From Reclinomonas americana ATCC 50394 (lineage: Eukaryota), in the NCBI GenBank assembly GCA_048213135.1, contig PS015129.1:237090-281693 (forward strand): DNA of 44,604 bases. The letters are read 5' to 3'. This document shows, one piece after another, positions 22,320-34,600 of this stretch; positions within the stretch are counted from its first letter, which is position 1; each line of letters starts with the position of its first letter. The position numbers were made by a program, and so were the translations under genes. Under the pieces are notes generated by a model, which was not told the origin of the DNA, did not search any database, and saw only the letters and a program-made list of their open reading frames with translations.

Positions 22320-22990
22320 CCGACCTCGACAGAGATTGCCTTCGACCTTCGACCACCAGCATCCCACCCGTTGATCGACCCGCAAGCCGTCCACAACCTC
22401 GTACGAACTCGAGGAGATCGGGCACAGCCCTGCCATCCAGAACCTGCATTTCTTCTGCACATCGACCGTACTGCGTCGTCCACTGCCTGTGGCACAGCGC
22501 CGACACCTGCATCTTCGCCGTCGACCATCGACGCACAATGCAGTCCAGTACGCCGTAGAAACTCGAGGAGATCAGGCACAGCCCTGCCATCCACCAAGAG
22601 TAAAGTCTGCAAGTCTCCTTCGTCTGTCGATCCACTGCGTCGTCAACTGCCTCGTTCGAACTCGAGGAGATCAGGCACAGCCCTGCCTTCCACCAGAACC
22701 TGCAACGTTTTCCTGTCCATCGACCCACTGCGTCGTCCACTGCCTCGGGCACAGCCCTGCCCTGCACCGACATCTGCAGCTTCTCCTCCTGCCCATCGAC
22801 GCACAATGCAGTCCAGTACGCCGTGAAACTCAAGGAGATCGGGCACAGGCTTGCCTCCTTCGCCAGTCGATTGACAACATCGTCCACTGCGTTGTGCGAC
22901 TCGAGGAGCCTGCTATCCGTATCGGTATCGGCAACTTCTTCTCCTGCTCATCCATCGATCCACAGCGTCTTCCACTGCCCTGTAAGACTG
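22320..22990. repeat. Degenerate intergenic tandem array (unit up to ~99 bp, higher-order unit ~255-265 bp)
   Basis: actc(g/a)aggagatc(a/g)ggcacag at 22407, 22561, 22660 and 22828. The motifs ctgcgtcgtc(c/a)actgcct and catcgacgcacaatgcagtccagtacgccgt also recur. Confidence 0.85.
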
Positions 22991-23071
22991 AGCGCGACCC
23001 TGCCACACACACACACACCAGCATCGTGCGATTCGAGCAGATCAGCGCGAGCCCTCCACTCGGGGTTTCGT

Positions 23072-24349
23072 TCACGTCAGCGGCGCTTCGAGGGATGCAA
23101 TGAGGCCGACGCCGACTACCACCGACGCCGTGGCGTACCACAGTGCCAGCCAAAACGGCAGTGTGTGCAGCTCGGCAATCAGTGTCGACACTGTCGACAG
23201 CGAGCCGCAAAAGCCCACCAGCAGCGCTGTCACCACGGCGGTGGAGAGCGGACACCTGCAGCGCCTGCGGTGAGCAAAGGAGATACGCCAGCGCGCCAGT
23301 GCATGGTCGGAGCACGCAACGGTGCGGGGGAGGAGGCGGGCAGGTGTGCGAGAGCCACGCGAACGGCGCCGGTGCACAGGCACGCCACGGTGTTGGCAGT
23401 CCACGTGAAGAGCGGAAAGCGCGGATACCGAGAGTTGTACGTGGCCAGGTAGAAGCGAAGAGAGGCACCAGTGGGCGCGACGAGAGCAGACCACCACTGT
23501 GTGGGGAGAGAAGGTTGGCAACCGTAGCTCAGAGTGCTACTCCTTCTTGCGATACGCACCTCCACGCGAAAGCGCATCTCGAATGCGGCGAGCATGGCAA
23601 AGAGACACAGTGGCACCAGGCCGGCCACCACTACGACAATCCATTGCACCACTCCTGCCTGCAAAGTGAGCAGCAGATTCGTCGGCAGCGACTGTGGCAC
23701 ACGAAACTCGGCGATTCCCTGAACGGCGCCGCCACCGAGGTCACCCGCTGCAGGGAGCGACCGATAAAGGCACTCGCCGCCGGCGACGCCCGTACGCACT
23801 GCTCGCCCACCACAAAGCACCCGTAGGCCAGCGCCATCCCACTCGCCAGCTTCCACGCAGCCGCATACACGTCAGCATCGAGGTCGCGTGCCACCAGCTC
23901 CATCCACCCCGAAAAGGTCGTCAGTGAGCCACAAAACCCACTGCTGAGCGCCACCAGCAGATGCGGCGATTGCAGGAGAAGCGACTCACGCAGCGCAAAC
24001 AGCACGCCCATGAACAGACAGCCGACTGCAAGCGAGCGATGGTCGGAAGAATAGCTGCTGGTGGCGATCAGCAGCAGCAATGATGAGACGAACCCATGTT
24101 GGGCAGCAGCGTCACATGAAACATGTCTCTGTCACCACTGCTCCCGTGCAGCTGCAGCACCGACGACGTCAACAGCATGCGCGTGAGCACGCCGGCAGGA
24201 GCTGTCCAGGCGATCAGACTGAGCACGCGAGGAGTCCACATTGTCGACGACTGCTGCTGCTGTTGCTGTTGCTGTGGTGGTAAAGGCAACAGCTGGTGCA
24301 CCACGGGTACCTCATGGTGCACGTGGTCCTCTTCCTCCTCGTCGTGCAT
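23072..24349 (-). CDS. FEX: FEX fluoride export channel (two fused CrcB/Fluc domains)
   Basis: Domain 1: GVLTR...LLPNMVGCLFMG...GFCGSLTTFSGW. Domain 2: APTGASLRFYL...TWTANTVACL...GFCGSLSTVSTLIAEL. The start codon is uncertain. Confidence 0.93.
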
Positions 24350-24769
24350 CCGTCGCAGCGTTGAGTCGATCGAGGATCTGGTGTCCTCTCAAGTGTATGT
24401 CTCAGGCCAGGTATAGGCGTGTTTCTATCGCATGGCATGTGTCGTGCAAGCACGACTACTCAGCTCCAGCAGCTTTGCAAGCCCAGTGAAGTGTCAGTGA
24501 TCGATCTCGACGTTCGACGAGCGCGAAGTTGAACCGCCAGGTGTCATCGCCGAGTTGAATGCACACTACTGCATATATGAGCGCCTACATACAAGCTGTT
24601 ACTGTTGCAGCTGCAGTGACCAGCACAAGTTAAGTCGGAATATTATCAGCATGTCCTGCGCATGCAAACTCACTCACACTCGCGATCGCCAGCTCGTCTG
24701 CAACGCAATGGCGGTGTCGTATCCCAGTGTGATGCCCTCGGTGAGTGAGCAGCGAAGAGTGCATGAGAA

Positions 24770-24824
24770 ATGAAGTGTGAAGAGAGAATGAGTCACACGC
24801 ACTTGCTCTCTCACACTCATGCAC

Positions 24825-24861
<37 letters not shown>

Positions 24862-24977
24862 TCTCTCACCTGTGTCATACTGCACTGTANNNNNNNNNNN
24901 NNNNNNNNNGCGATGAGAAATAGAAGTAGTGAGAGAGAAGTAGAGTCACACGCACTTCGTCTCTCTCACACTCATGC

Positions 24978-25019
<42 letters not shown>

Positions 25020-25050
25020 CTCACACCTGTGTTGCATACTGCACTGCTGA
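24770..25050. repeat. Imperfect ~120-bp direct duplication around a 20-N gap, each copy containing (GT)n
   Basis: gagtcacacgcactt...ctctctcacactcatgcac...(gt)n...cacctgtgt..catactgcactg at ~24790 and ~24943. Confidence 0.8.
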
Positions 25051-25220
25051 GCGCAGTTCTGTGGAAATCTCGTTCCACGTTCACACTCTCTCGCTCACTC
25101 ACACTCACCCTCACACACACACTCTCTCTCTTTCTCACACTCACACTCACTCTCTCACTCTCTCACCCTCTCACTCTCTCACACTCTCACTCTCTCATTG
25201 ATTTGTTGCATTGATTTCAG

Positions 25221-25374
25221 CTCTATGTCGGCGACTCTTCTTCGTCTTCGTCATCGGCGGCTTTGGCATCCGCGGCCGCTGCTGTTGCGATCAACGGAAT
25301 GGGCAGTGAGCAGCCGCTGGTTCCGCGACGAGGCAGCTGCTGGTTCCCGGATGAGTTGGAGAATGCGCTGTTTC
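25221..25374 (+). other. Exon-like segment of an unidentified plus-strand gene
   Basis: CT-rich tract, then TTTCAG| LYVGDSSSSSSSAALASAAAAVAINGMGSEQPLVPRRGSCWFPDELENALF |GTATG. A similar short exon lies at 24693-24740 (LVCNAMAVSYPSVMPS|GTGAGT). Confidence 0.35.
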
Positions 25375-25409
25375 GTATGCGAAAGGAGATGGGAGAGAGG
25401 AAGAGGAAG

Positions 25410-25860
25410 ATGGTCTCGTGAGAGAATGACACTCGCTGCAGGGTCTTCCATGCTCTCTGTCTCGCTCTCCTTCTTCCACTTGCATCCCTATAAGAGAAGG
25501 GAGAGAGATGGAGAAGATGAAGAAAACAAGAAAGAAAACGAGGTGGGAAATGAGACTGAGAAGAAAGGCTCGGATGCATGTACCTCAGGTTCTCCTCTCG
25601 TTCTTCTTCTTCCGTCTCTGAAAGGGAAGAGGAGAAGAGCTCGTTAGAGAATGACACTCGCTGCAGGGGTTTTCACTCTCTGTCTCCCTCTCCTTCTTTC
25701 CCTGAATGACACTTGCTCAAGATGTACGTCCCGCTCTCCGTAAGAAGGAAGTACGGCTAGAAACGGAAGAGTGAGACGAAGAGAAGAGAGACTAGCAATC
25801 GGTACTGGATGTGCCTCCTGCTCTCCTCTCGTTCTTCTTCTTCCATCTCTGAGAGACAGA
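25410..25860. repeat. Diverged ~230-bp tandem duplication
   Basis: agagaatgacactcgctgcaggg at ~25421 and ~25646; ctcctctcgttcttcttcttcc(g/a)tctctga at ~25592 and ~25823. Confidence 0.8.
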
Positions 25861-26475
25861 AAAGTGCCCGCAAGATCGCTGGACGAGCTCGCTGAGCAAA
25901 TCTCTCTTTCTCTCTTCTCATGCTGAGAGAAAGCCAATCGCTGCTTCGTTTTCATCCCCTCTTGAGAGAGTATCGAAGCCCTCTCCCTCACCCTCTCCCT
26001 CTCCCTCTTCCTCTCCCTCTCCCTCTCCCTCTCCCTCTCCCTCTCCCTCTCCCTCTCCCACTCCCTCTCCCTCCCCTCTCCCCCTCCCTCTCTCCCTTCT
26101 CCCATCCCCCCTCGCCCTCACCCCTCCCTTCCCCCTCTTGTCCCCNNNNNNNNNNNNNNNNNNNNNNNNNNNNNNNNNNNNNNNNNNNNNNNNNNNNNNN
26201 NNNNNNNNNNNNNNNNNNNNNNNNNNNNNNNNNNNNNNNNNNNNNNNNNNNNNNNNNNNNNNNNNNNNNNNNNNNNNNNNNNNNNNNNNNNNNNNNNNNN
26301 NNNNNNNNNNNNNNNNNTCCTCCCCCCTCCCTCCTCCTCCCTTCCTCCCATCCCCCCTCCGCCCTCACCCCTCCCTTCCCCCTCTTGTCCCTCACTCTCC
26401 CCCTCCCCCTCCCTCTCCCTCTTGTCCCTCTCCTCTCCCTTCTCCCTTCTCCCTTGCCTTTTCCTCCCGCGCAGA

Positions 26476-28547
26476 ATGGGCAAGCGCCCCGCCCCACGCC
26501 ACCCCGCCTCCGACACCATGGCCGCCTTTTGCATCAACACCACCGGCCTCATTGCCCGTCTGCGTGAGAAGCGTCGTGAGCAGCTGGCGCAGGTGAAGCA
26601 CCACCACCACCACCACAGTGCCTTCCTCCCCTATCACCTCACTTCGCCACCCTGCAGCTCCGCTCCCAGGACTCGTCAGGCGGCAATGGTGCCGCAAGTG
26701 CAGCGGCAGCTGCGGCCGCCGCCGCCGCCGCCCTCCCGCACATGGAGGACAAGACGCCCGAGGTGACGCCCTCCACTCCCGGCGGGTCCGACAATATCTT
26801 CCAGACCGAGTTGCGCGAGGAGGAGCGCACGCTGATTGAGAAGAAGCTGGAGGCTAATCGCCGTCTGCACGATGCGTTTGCGCGCAAGGCACAGCGCGAG
26901 AAGATTCAGCGTGTGCGAGAGGCACTGAGGTGTGTGTCAAGCTAGAGACGCACTGTGTGTGCGTGACTTCACTCTCTCACATTCCAACTCCCTGTCACCT
27001 ACAGCTGGCCCTCCGACGACGAAATTCTGGTCGCGCTGCGCATGTGTCGCGAGGATGAAGGCGAAGTGCTGCAGAAAATGNNNNNNNNNNNNNNNNNNNN
27101 NNNNNNNNNNNNNNNNNNNNNNNNNNNNNNNNNNNNNNNNNNNNNNNNNNNNNNNNNNNNNNNNNNNNNNNNNNNNNNNNNNNNNNNNNNNNNNNNNNNN
27201 NNNNNNNNNNNNNNNNNNNNNNNNNNNNNNNNNNNNNNNNNNNNNNNNNNNNNNNNNNNNNNNNNNNNNNNNNNNNNNNNNNNNNNNNNNNNNNNNNNNN
27301 NNNNNNNNNNNNNNNNNNNNNNNNNNNNNNNNNNNNNNNNNNNNNNNNNNNNNNNNNNNNNNNNNNNNNNNNNNNNNNNNNNNNNNNNNNNNNNNNNNNN
27401 NNNNNNNNNNNNNNNNNNNNNNNNNNNNNNNNNNNNNNNNNNNNNNNNNNNNNNNNNNNNNNNNNNNNNNNNNNNNNNNNNNNNNNNNNNNNNNNNNNNN
27501 NNNNNNNNNNNNNNNNNNNNNNNNNNNNNNNNNNNNNNNNNNNNNNNNNNNNNNNNNNNNNNNNNNNNNNNNNNNNNNNNNNNNNNNNNNNNNNNNNNNN
27601 NNNNNNNNNNNNNNNNNNNNNNNNNNNNNNNNNNNNNNNNNNNNNNNNNNNNNNNNNNNNNNNNNNNNNNNNNNNNNNNNNNNNNNNNNNNNNNNNNNNN
27701 NNNNNNNNNNNNNNNNNNNNNNNNNNNNNNNNNNNNNNNNNNNNNNNNNNNNNNNNNNNNNNNNNNNNNNNNNNNNNNNNNNNNNNNNNNNNNNNNNNNN
27801 NNNNNNNNNNNNNNNNNNNNNNNNNNNNNNNNNNNNNNNNNNNNNNNNNNNNNNNNNNNNNNNNNNNNNNNNNNNNNNNNNNNNNNNNNNNNNNNNNNNN
27901 NNNNNNNNNNNNNNNNNNNGCAGACGATGTGTCTTCGGAGAACTCGGACGGGTGTGTTGTGTCCCACCACTCCTTTTTCTACTCCCGTTGTTGGTCTCAT
28001 CCCGCCCCCTTCTGGCATGGCAGCTCCGACTCGGATGCCGCGTACCGACCTCACAAGCGTGTCTCTGGGTCGATGTTGTCGGCTCCTGGACAGATGCCGG
28101 TTATCGACTCGTATATGACCACATTGGGCAGTGCGGCGTGGCGTGCATTCTGCGAAGGATTCCTGGACCCCATCACACTCGACCCGGTGGTGAAGCCGGC
28201 GCTCTCCCCGCAGGGCTTTGTTATGGGGTTGCGTTGCCGCTGGTGTCTCGTATCTTTTTTCTTCCTTCTCCGCGCGTGCTCATTTGTCACACAGTTACGA
28301 CACGTGGTTGAGCGTGCTGATGCACTCGGAGCCGAAGAACACGTGCCCCTACTCGCAGCGTCGGGTGACCAAGCGCGAGCTGGTCATCCTCACTCCCGAC
28401 AACTTTGACGACTACCGTGATCGGATTGTCACTTGGCACTACGACGAGGCCACTGGCAAGGGCGAGCAGCAAGAGGTGAAGATGGCTGCGCCGGCCGAGA
28501 AGCCCACACAGGAGCAGAGTATCGTGGAGGGCGAGGAGGCCGAGTGA
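26476..28547 (+). CDS. Protein with an N-terminal coiled coil, a CUE/UBA-like helix and a C-terminal U-box-like domain; middle part in a gap
   Basis: SDDEILVALRMCREDEGEVLQKM (CUE/UBA-like). EGFLDPITLDPVVKPALSPQGFVMGYDTWLSVL...KNTCPYSQRRVTKRELVILT (U-box/RING-like). Stop TGA 28545-28547. The 5' end may extend upstream. Confidence 0.75.
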
Positions 28548-28614
28548 CAGTGCAGCAGTGGGGTGTGGCAAATATACACACAATCATTTACAGCGCATTA
28601 AACAATTAACAACC

Positions 28615-31600
28615 TCACCGACCACCGCGTGTCATGCGCACGAAATGACCAAAGGCACGCAGCAGGGTCTCCACAAACAGTAACATGCCCTCCTCGTCGG
28701 CCTCCGACGACGCATGCAGCAAGATGCGACGCTCAAAGTGCGGATACTGCAGCGGGCCGGTGGTGTACGGGTTGCGCAAGGCCAGCGTCAGCGTATCACC
28801 GAGCACACTAATGTTGGACACATCTGCGACCGTGACTGTGAGTCGACGGACATCGGTGACCACAAACAAGCGCAGCAGCCGCAACTGCTGAATTCATCCT
28901 CGTCCTCCATGTGGTTATCTTCCTTGCGCACACGCAACAGACGACGATCCGTCACCACAAACCATGAATTGGAGTTGGCAAAGTCGCAGTGGAACAAATA
29001 CTGCGCATGGCGGCATGAGAGAGAGATAGAGAGAGAGGAAGGATGCGACAAAAAATCAGTGAGTCTGTCTCACCTCATCGTCGCGGAACTTGCCGTCTCT
29101 CGTAAACTGCAGAATCAGTCGCCCCTCGGCCATCATGTCCGAGTACGGCTGCCAAACACACAACAGAGGTCAGCAACACGGCACAATTACGCCAGAAGCA
29201 TCATCCATAGCAGCCACCAACCAGCAGCACGCCCGATTTATCAAAGCCGCGCGGATAGCGCTCGCGTCGCACCTCGTCGCCGCGCCGGGAACCCATGGTG
29301 AAGGTATTGCCGAAGCCCTCGGTGGTCTTCGACACAAAGTCAATGGCACCCGCCACTGGCTTAACGACCACTGCAAATATGAATGGCACGTCAGCCGAAG
29401 CACACGACTCACATGAAAAACTGCGTAAACAAACCGCCCAGCAATCCGGTGCCAATTCCACGCAGCAATCCGAGTGGACCATCTCGCCGCGCTCCACGAA
29501 TCGGATCCACCTGTGTCGTTGAGGCGAACAGTCAAGGAAAAGGCAGGCAGTGCACGAACATGAACCCCTTCCTGTCTCCTACGGCCCCTTCCCGTCCCCT
29601 CTCTTCTCATTTCAATGGCACAACGCACCACCACACCGCTGATGCCGTGAACCTGCGTAGTAACGGTGAAATGAGTCGACGAATCCTTGACGAATAATAC
29701 CCTCCTCACCCCCATCACTTCACGAACCAGTCCACTGCCGAAACTCATGCCACCCTGTGCCAGTCCTTCACCAATGTGCCGCGGCCGCGCTCGCTGATAG
29801 TCCAGACGCCGTGCAATGTACTCGGGGTCCATGGACAGCATGGAAATGCCTGCTCCAAAATTTAGTATGAGACCTCACCCTCTGCGGTCACTCGCCGGCT
29901 TACCTCTGCCCAGATTGCCGGTGATTTTGCCGACAGTGGAAAACGCTCCACGCATGCTATGCCGCACGAGATTGAAGGCGCCCGAGGCGAGACCCGCACC
30001 AAACTGCGATGGACTGCGCACACCACCTCCGCCACTGCCACTGCCCGAACTGGAGAAAAGCGTGCGCACTTGACCGACAGAGCGCAACATGCTGATTGGG
30101 TTGGCGAGAATGTCAAGCGAGCCAATGATCTTGTAGAACTGGCCGGTGACCTCGCCCTGCAATCCTCTGCAACGTGAGGATGGCGGAGAAGACCGGCATC
30201 CTGTGCATCCTGTCCCCTGCGTANNNNNNNNNNNNNNNNNNNNNNNNNNNNNNNNNNNNNNNNNNNNNNNNNNNNNNNNNNNNNNNNNNNNNNNNNNNNN
30301 NNNNNNNNNNNNNNNNNNNNNNNNNNNNNNNNNNNNNNNNNNNNNNNNNNNNNNNNNNNNNNNNNNNNNNNNNNNNNNNNNNNNNNNNNNNNNNNNNNNN
30401 NNNNNNNNNNNNNNNNNNNNNNNNNNNNNNNNNNNNNNNNNNNNNNNNNNNNNNNNNNNNNNNNNNNNNNNNNNNNNNNNNNNNNNNNNNNNNNNNNNNN
30501 NNNNNNNNNNNNNNNNNNNNNNNNNNNNNNNNNNNNNNNNNNNNNNNNNNNNNNNNNNNNNNNNNNNNNNNNNNNNNNNNNNNNNNNNNNNNNNNNNNNN
30601 NNNNNNNNNNNNNNNNNNNNNNNNNNNNNNNNNNNNNNNNNNNNNNNNNNNNNNNNNNNNNNNNNNNNNNNNNNNNNNNNNNNNNNNNNNNNNNNNNNNN
30701 NNNNNNNNNNNNNNNNNNNNNNNNNNNNNNNNNNNNNNNNNNNNNNNNNNNNNNNNNNNNNNNNNNNNNNNNNNNNNNNNNNNNNNNNNNNNNNNNNNNN
30801 NNNNNNNNNNNNNNNNNNNNNNNNNNNNNNNNNCCTTGTACTTGGCCAGCACTCGCTGCCAGAATCCCTGTGCCGTGTCGTGAATGTCGGTTGCCTGCCA
30901 GCCGGTGAACTTGAAGTGACAGCGCTGCAGGTTTTTGAAGAAACTGCCCGCCAGCGAGATAAGTGGATTCGAGGCACTGGAGAGACTAATGTCGCCAGCA
31001 AACGACAAGTACAGCGCCAGCGGCTGAATGTCCATCTCGCGAATGAACAGTCGTTGTGGGCGCTGAGGGAGTGGCCCGCACCGCTGTGTGAGGAGCAACG
31101 TGCTGTTCACACAAAGCAGCGCACCAAAGTCAGTGTTCCGCTCCATGGTTCAGCGAGCAAAGCATGTGCGCAACTTGGCCAGATCAACATCGCCGGTACC
31201 GTGTGCGACACCAGCGGCTGCGAGGCGCGCATCGACACCACCATCGCCTGTCGACTTGGCCACCGCATCGATTGTCTCCAGAGCCACATTCAGCAGGCGC
31301 TCGTCCAGGCGCACTTCGAGCTCTTGTACCGAGCAGCCGACGTAATCCAACGCCAGCGAGTTGCTCGTCGATTCTGCGACGCACACATGAGATGCCGCAC
31401 ACGAGCGATCACTGGCCGCCCAACGCGCACCTTTCATGTTGCGGACAAGGGCAGCGTGCACCACGGGCCGATTGGGGTTGAGTGAGTGCGCGCACGGTCG
31501 CAGCGCCACCGGGTGGATGCAGTCGTACAGCATGTTGTCGATCTGAATGTCGGCCACAAAGAACTCGGCACTCTGCGCCCGCAGCGACGACGACCACTGG

Positions 31601-34600
31601 AACACCGGCGACTTGACCGACAGCAGTAACACTTCCTGCGATAGTCGTGCGGATGTGAGTATACATACGTGACGTGTCGTGAACAGCAATGCAAGCAAAT
31701 GCAACTTGAGGCACTTGGTTCACGAGCGACACGCGTAGAACCGGCAGGCAGCAGGCAAACTCCACACTCGACACATACACATCCGAGTCCACCTCCTCCT
31801 CGGCAGCACGATTGGCCAAGGCGTCAAGCGACTGCTCGTGCACAGAGTACGTGAGTGGCAGCACACAGGGGAGGATGGATGCAGAGCAGACTGACTGACT
31901 CACCGGTGCTCGTCGGTGTCTCTCGACAACCAGCACGCGATGCCCGCCACGGTTCAACATGATGGCATAGGCGGCGCCCTGAGCTGGTTGCGGGTCTCCG
32001 TCACTGCCAGTAATGCGCACACATTGCGGCACCTGGTCTGTGTCCACCTCTGCTCGATCGTCGGTCAGCGACACGCCGAGCTTGTGCGATGGCGACGAAG
32101 GGTCGAAGCAGAATGGCAAGCGACAGTGCGGCGGCAGTGACCACACCGCGTCCGGACCCTAGCAGTTGCAGCGGCGGCGAGTGAGCATCATCATTCAGCT
32201 TGTGACATACAAGCACACGTACCTCCTCGGCAATAAAGAGACGCGAACTCGTGTCATTCTCGATCAAGAGATCCGGCCGCAGTTCGTTGACGTCGTAATC
32301 CACAAAGCTGATGAATGTGGTGGAGGCCGACTCATAAATCACCACGCGCATCATGGCGTAGCCGCCACCGGCCAGCGAGCGGAACTTGAGCACAAAGTCG
32401 GACGACGAGCGGTCGACAGCAAACGGCGTGCTCCTGTGCGATGCACACATGATGAATGACTTCATAGTGTGACAGGGGTATGCTCACACACTGCTGGCGA
32501 ACCAGTCAAACGGTGGTGCTCCGTCGACCACCAGCCGACACTGCAGCAGCTGGTGCGCGGGCTCGTCCGTCATCCACTGCAAATCACACTGCGGGGAGGA
32601 GCCGTCGAGGACCACCAGCTGCGTGCAAGCATGGAACATGAGAGCTGGAACACAAGCAGGAGTCGGCGAGTCGAAAAAGTCACCTCCTCGGCAAACTGCT
32701 GTCGCACTTGCACAACTCCGCTCGACTGATTCACAAGTACGTGTGCAGAGCGCAGCGTCACCAAGCGCGTTCTCGTAAACTGACAAATCAAATGAGTGCA
32801 CAAAGGTCATGCCGATCTCACTCATCCCCCTCCCTCTCCCATCGTCCACTCACCAGCCCAGTGGCCATGGTCACCGAGCACGACACTCGCACCTTGGCCG
32901 CATGTGTCTCACACTCCAACATTCCAGAGGTTCTGTGCGCAAGGGAAAACATGTCAATCACCAGTCCCACGTGCCTCCGCCACTCGTTCGCACGCACCCA
33001 ATGGCATCAATGGAGAACGGCGACGAAAACGAGTCGCCACCGTCGATACTGACGGCAATCGTGTGTCCGAGTGCCGCGTCATGGAACGAAAAGGGAATCA
33101 CCGCAGTCGGTTCAGTGCAGCCCGCTGGTGTGGCATGCATCGGGTCGTTTTGACCGGCCGCCAAGTCACCACCACCACGCGTAACAATGAGCGGCAGGTC
33201 ACATCGGGTCACAATCCAATGGCTCACATAGAGCGTGCACAGTGGCACAAGTGACGTGGAGGAATCTTCGTATGCCAGCAGCACGTCCAGTCGGCGCCCG
33301 GCTCGGTCGACAATGGTGTAGCGCGAATCGAGACTGTTGCCCTGCGGATCAAACACGCATGCGCCGTGATGTGTCACGTGCCAGCGGCCAGTGGTTGGTG
33401 TGGCCAGAAGGAACAGTGGCTGCTCAGCGGCACTGTACAGTTCGGCACGTGCTCCGCCGTCGATGGCACTCTCGTACACTGCATGCTGAGCAGCCGGTGA
33501 ACCCGCCATCACCGTCACGTCCATCCACGACGGCATGGCATTGACCAGCACCATCAGCGGCGATACCACCAGACGATAGGTCCTGCGACAAAGGATCACG
33601 TGAGAAGTACCTACGGGAGGCCACACTGGGAGGGGACGGGTGTGCAACTTGAACTCCAAGATCGAATCGAGAAGATCGGTGGACGAGTGCTGTCTCACCA
33701 CACTGCGCACCGTGAGGTGCGACTGCTCGCCCCACCGCTGCTGGTACACGGCCGAGAACTGCGAGACAGAAGGAGGGGGTGAGCGACAAGTGACAGTCAC
33801 TCTTCTGTGTCCTGAATGGCGCGACGTGACTGGGCGTTTGCGTTTGATCGCCTGTCGCAGAGCGCACATCTCCGAGAACTCAAGCGCACCCTCCTTGCAC
33901 AGAGAAAAGTCGTCGGCGCAGCGCTCTACCGGCACACACAGTCTACCACCCGGCGCTACGTAGTTTTGCACGCCGTGCATTAGCAACACAGCGACCACGT
34001 AACACATGCGAGCACACGAAACGAATTGCTTCCGGAGTGAAGCGATCAGGACGACCGCGCGCACGCAGGCAGACGCGCAACGGGTGCGAGGTCGCATTGT
34101 AGACCTCAATTGGTGACTTCAGTTCCACAATACGCTCGCCCTTGCTGCTGGTCGTCGACTGATTGATACCACACGGAAACTCTCAGATCACACGAGATCA
34201 GTCGGCTTCACCCGCGGCGACGCAACTTCGACAATCAGTGCACGGCCATTGGTCCCAAGAATGTGCTTGTGGACGACACCATTCTTGCGAATGGACATGG
34301 GTCCAATCACTGCCGGCTCCGTGTCCGGGAAGGCGGCGTGCACAGTGAGCTCGAACTGCGTCTCCGCCTGCAAGAAAAAACGCGCACAAAATATCAGTCT
34401 CTCTCTCTTTCTCATCTTCTCATCGTAATCTTGGACACTCAACGTCGAGCCCTGTCGCGCGCAAATCCACCGCCATCTGCTTCCTGTCGTCCGGGTCGAC
34501 CACAACGTATTCACGATCCTCGCCGCGACCGACTCGCGACACCACCAGCGGTGCGCCAGTCAAGTTCAACAGCGTGAATGAGTGGCACGTCGGTGGGTGC

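Noticed and set aside
22320-22990. CRISPR array or intact ORF
   Set aside because: Inter-repeat segments are mutually similar, and the repeated peptide switches frames between units.
24770-25050. Duplication as LTRs or a mobile element
   Set aside because: It straddles a 20-N gap, consists mostly of microsatellite and has no element hallmarks; it may be an assembly or haplotype artefact.
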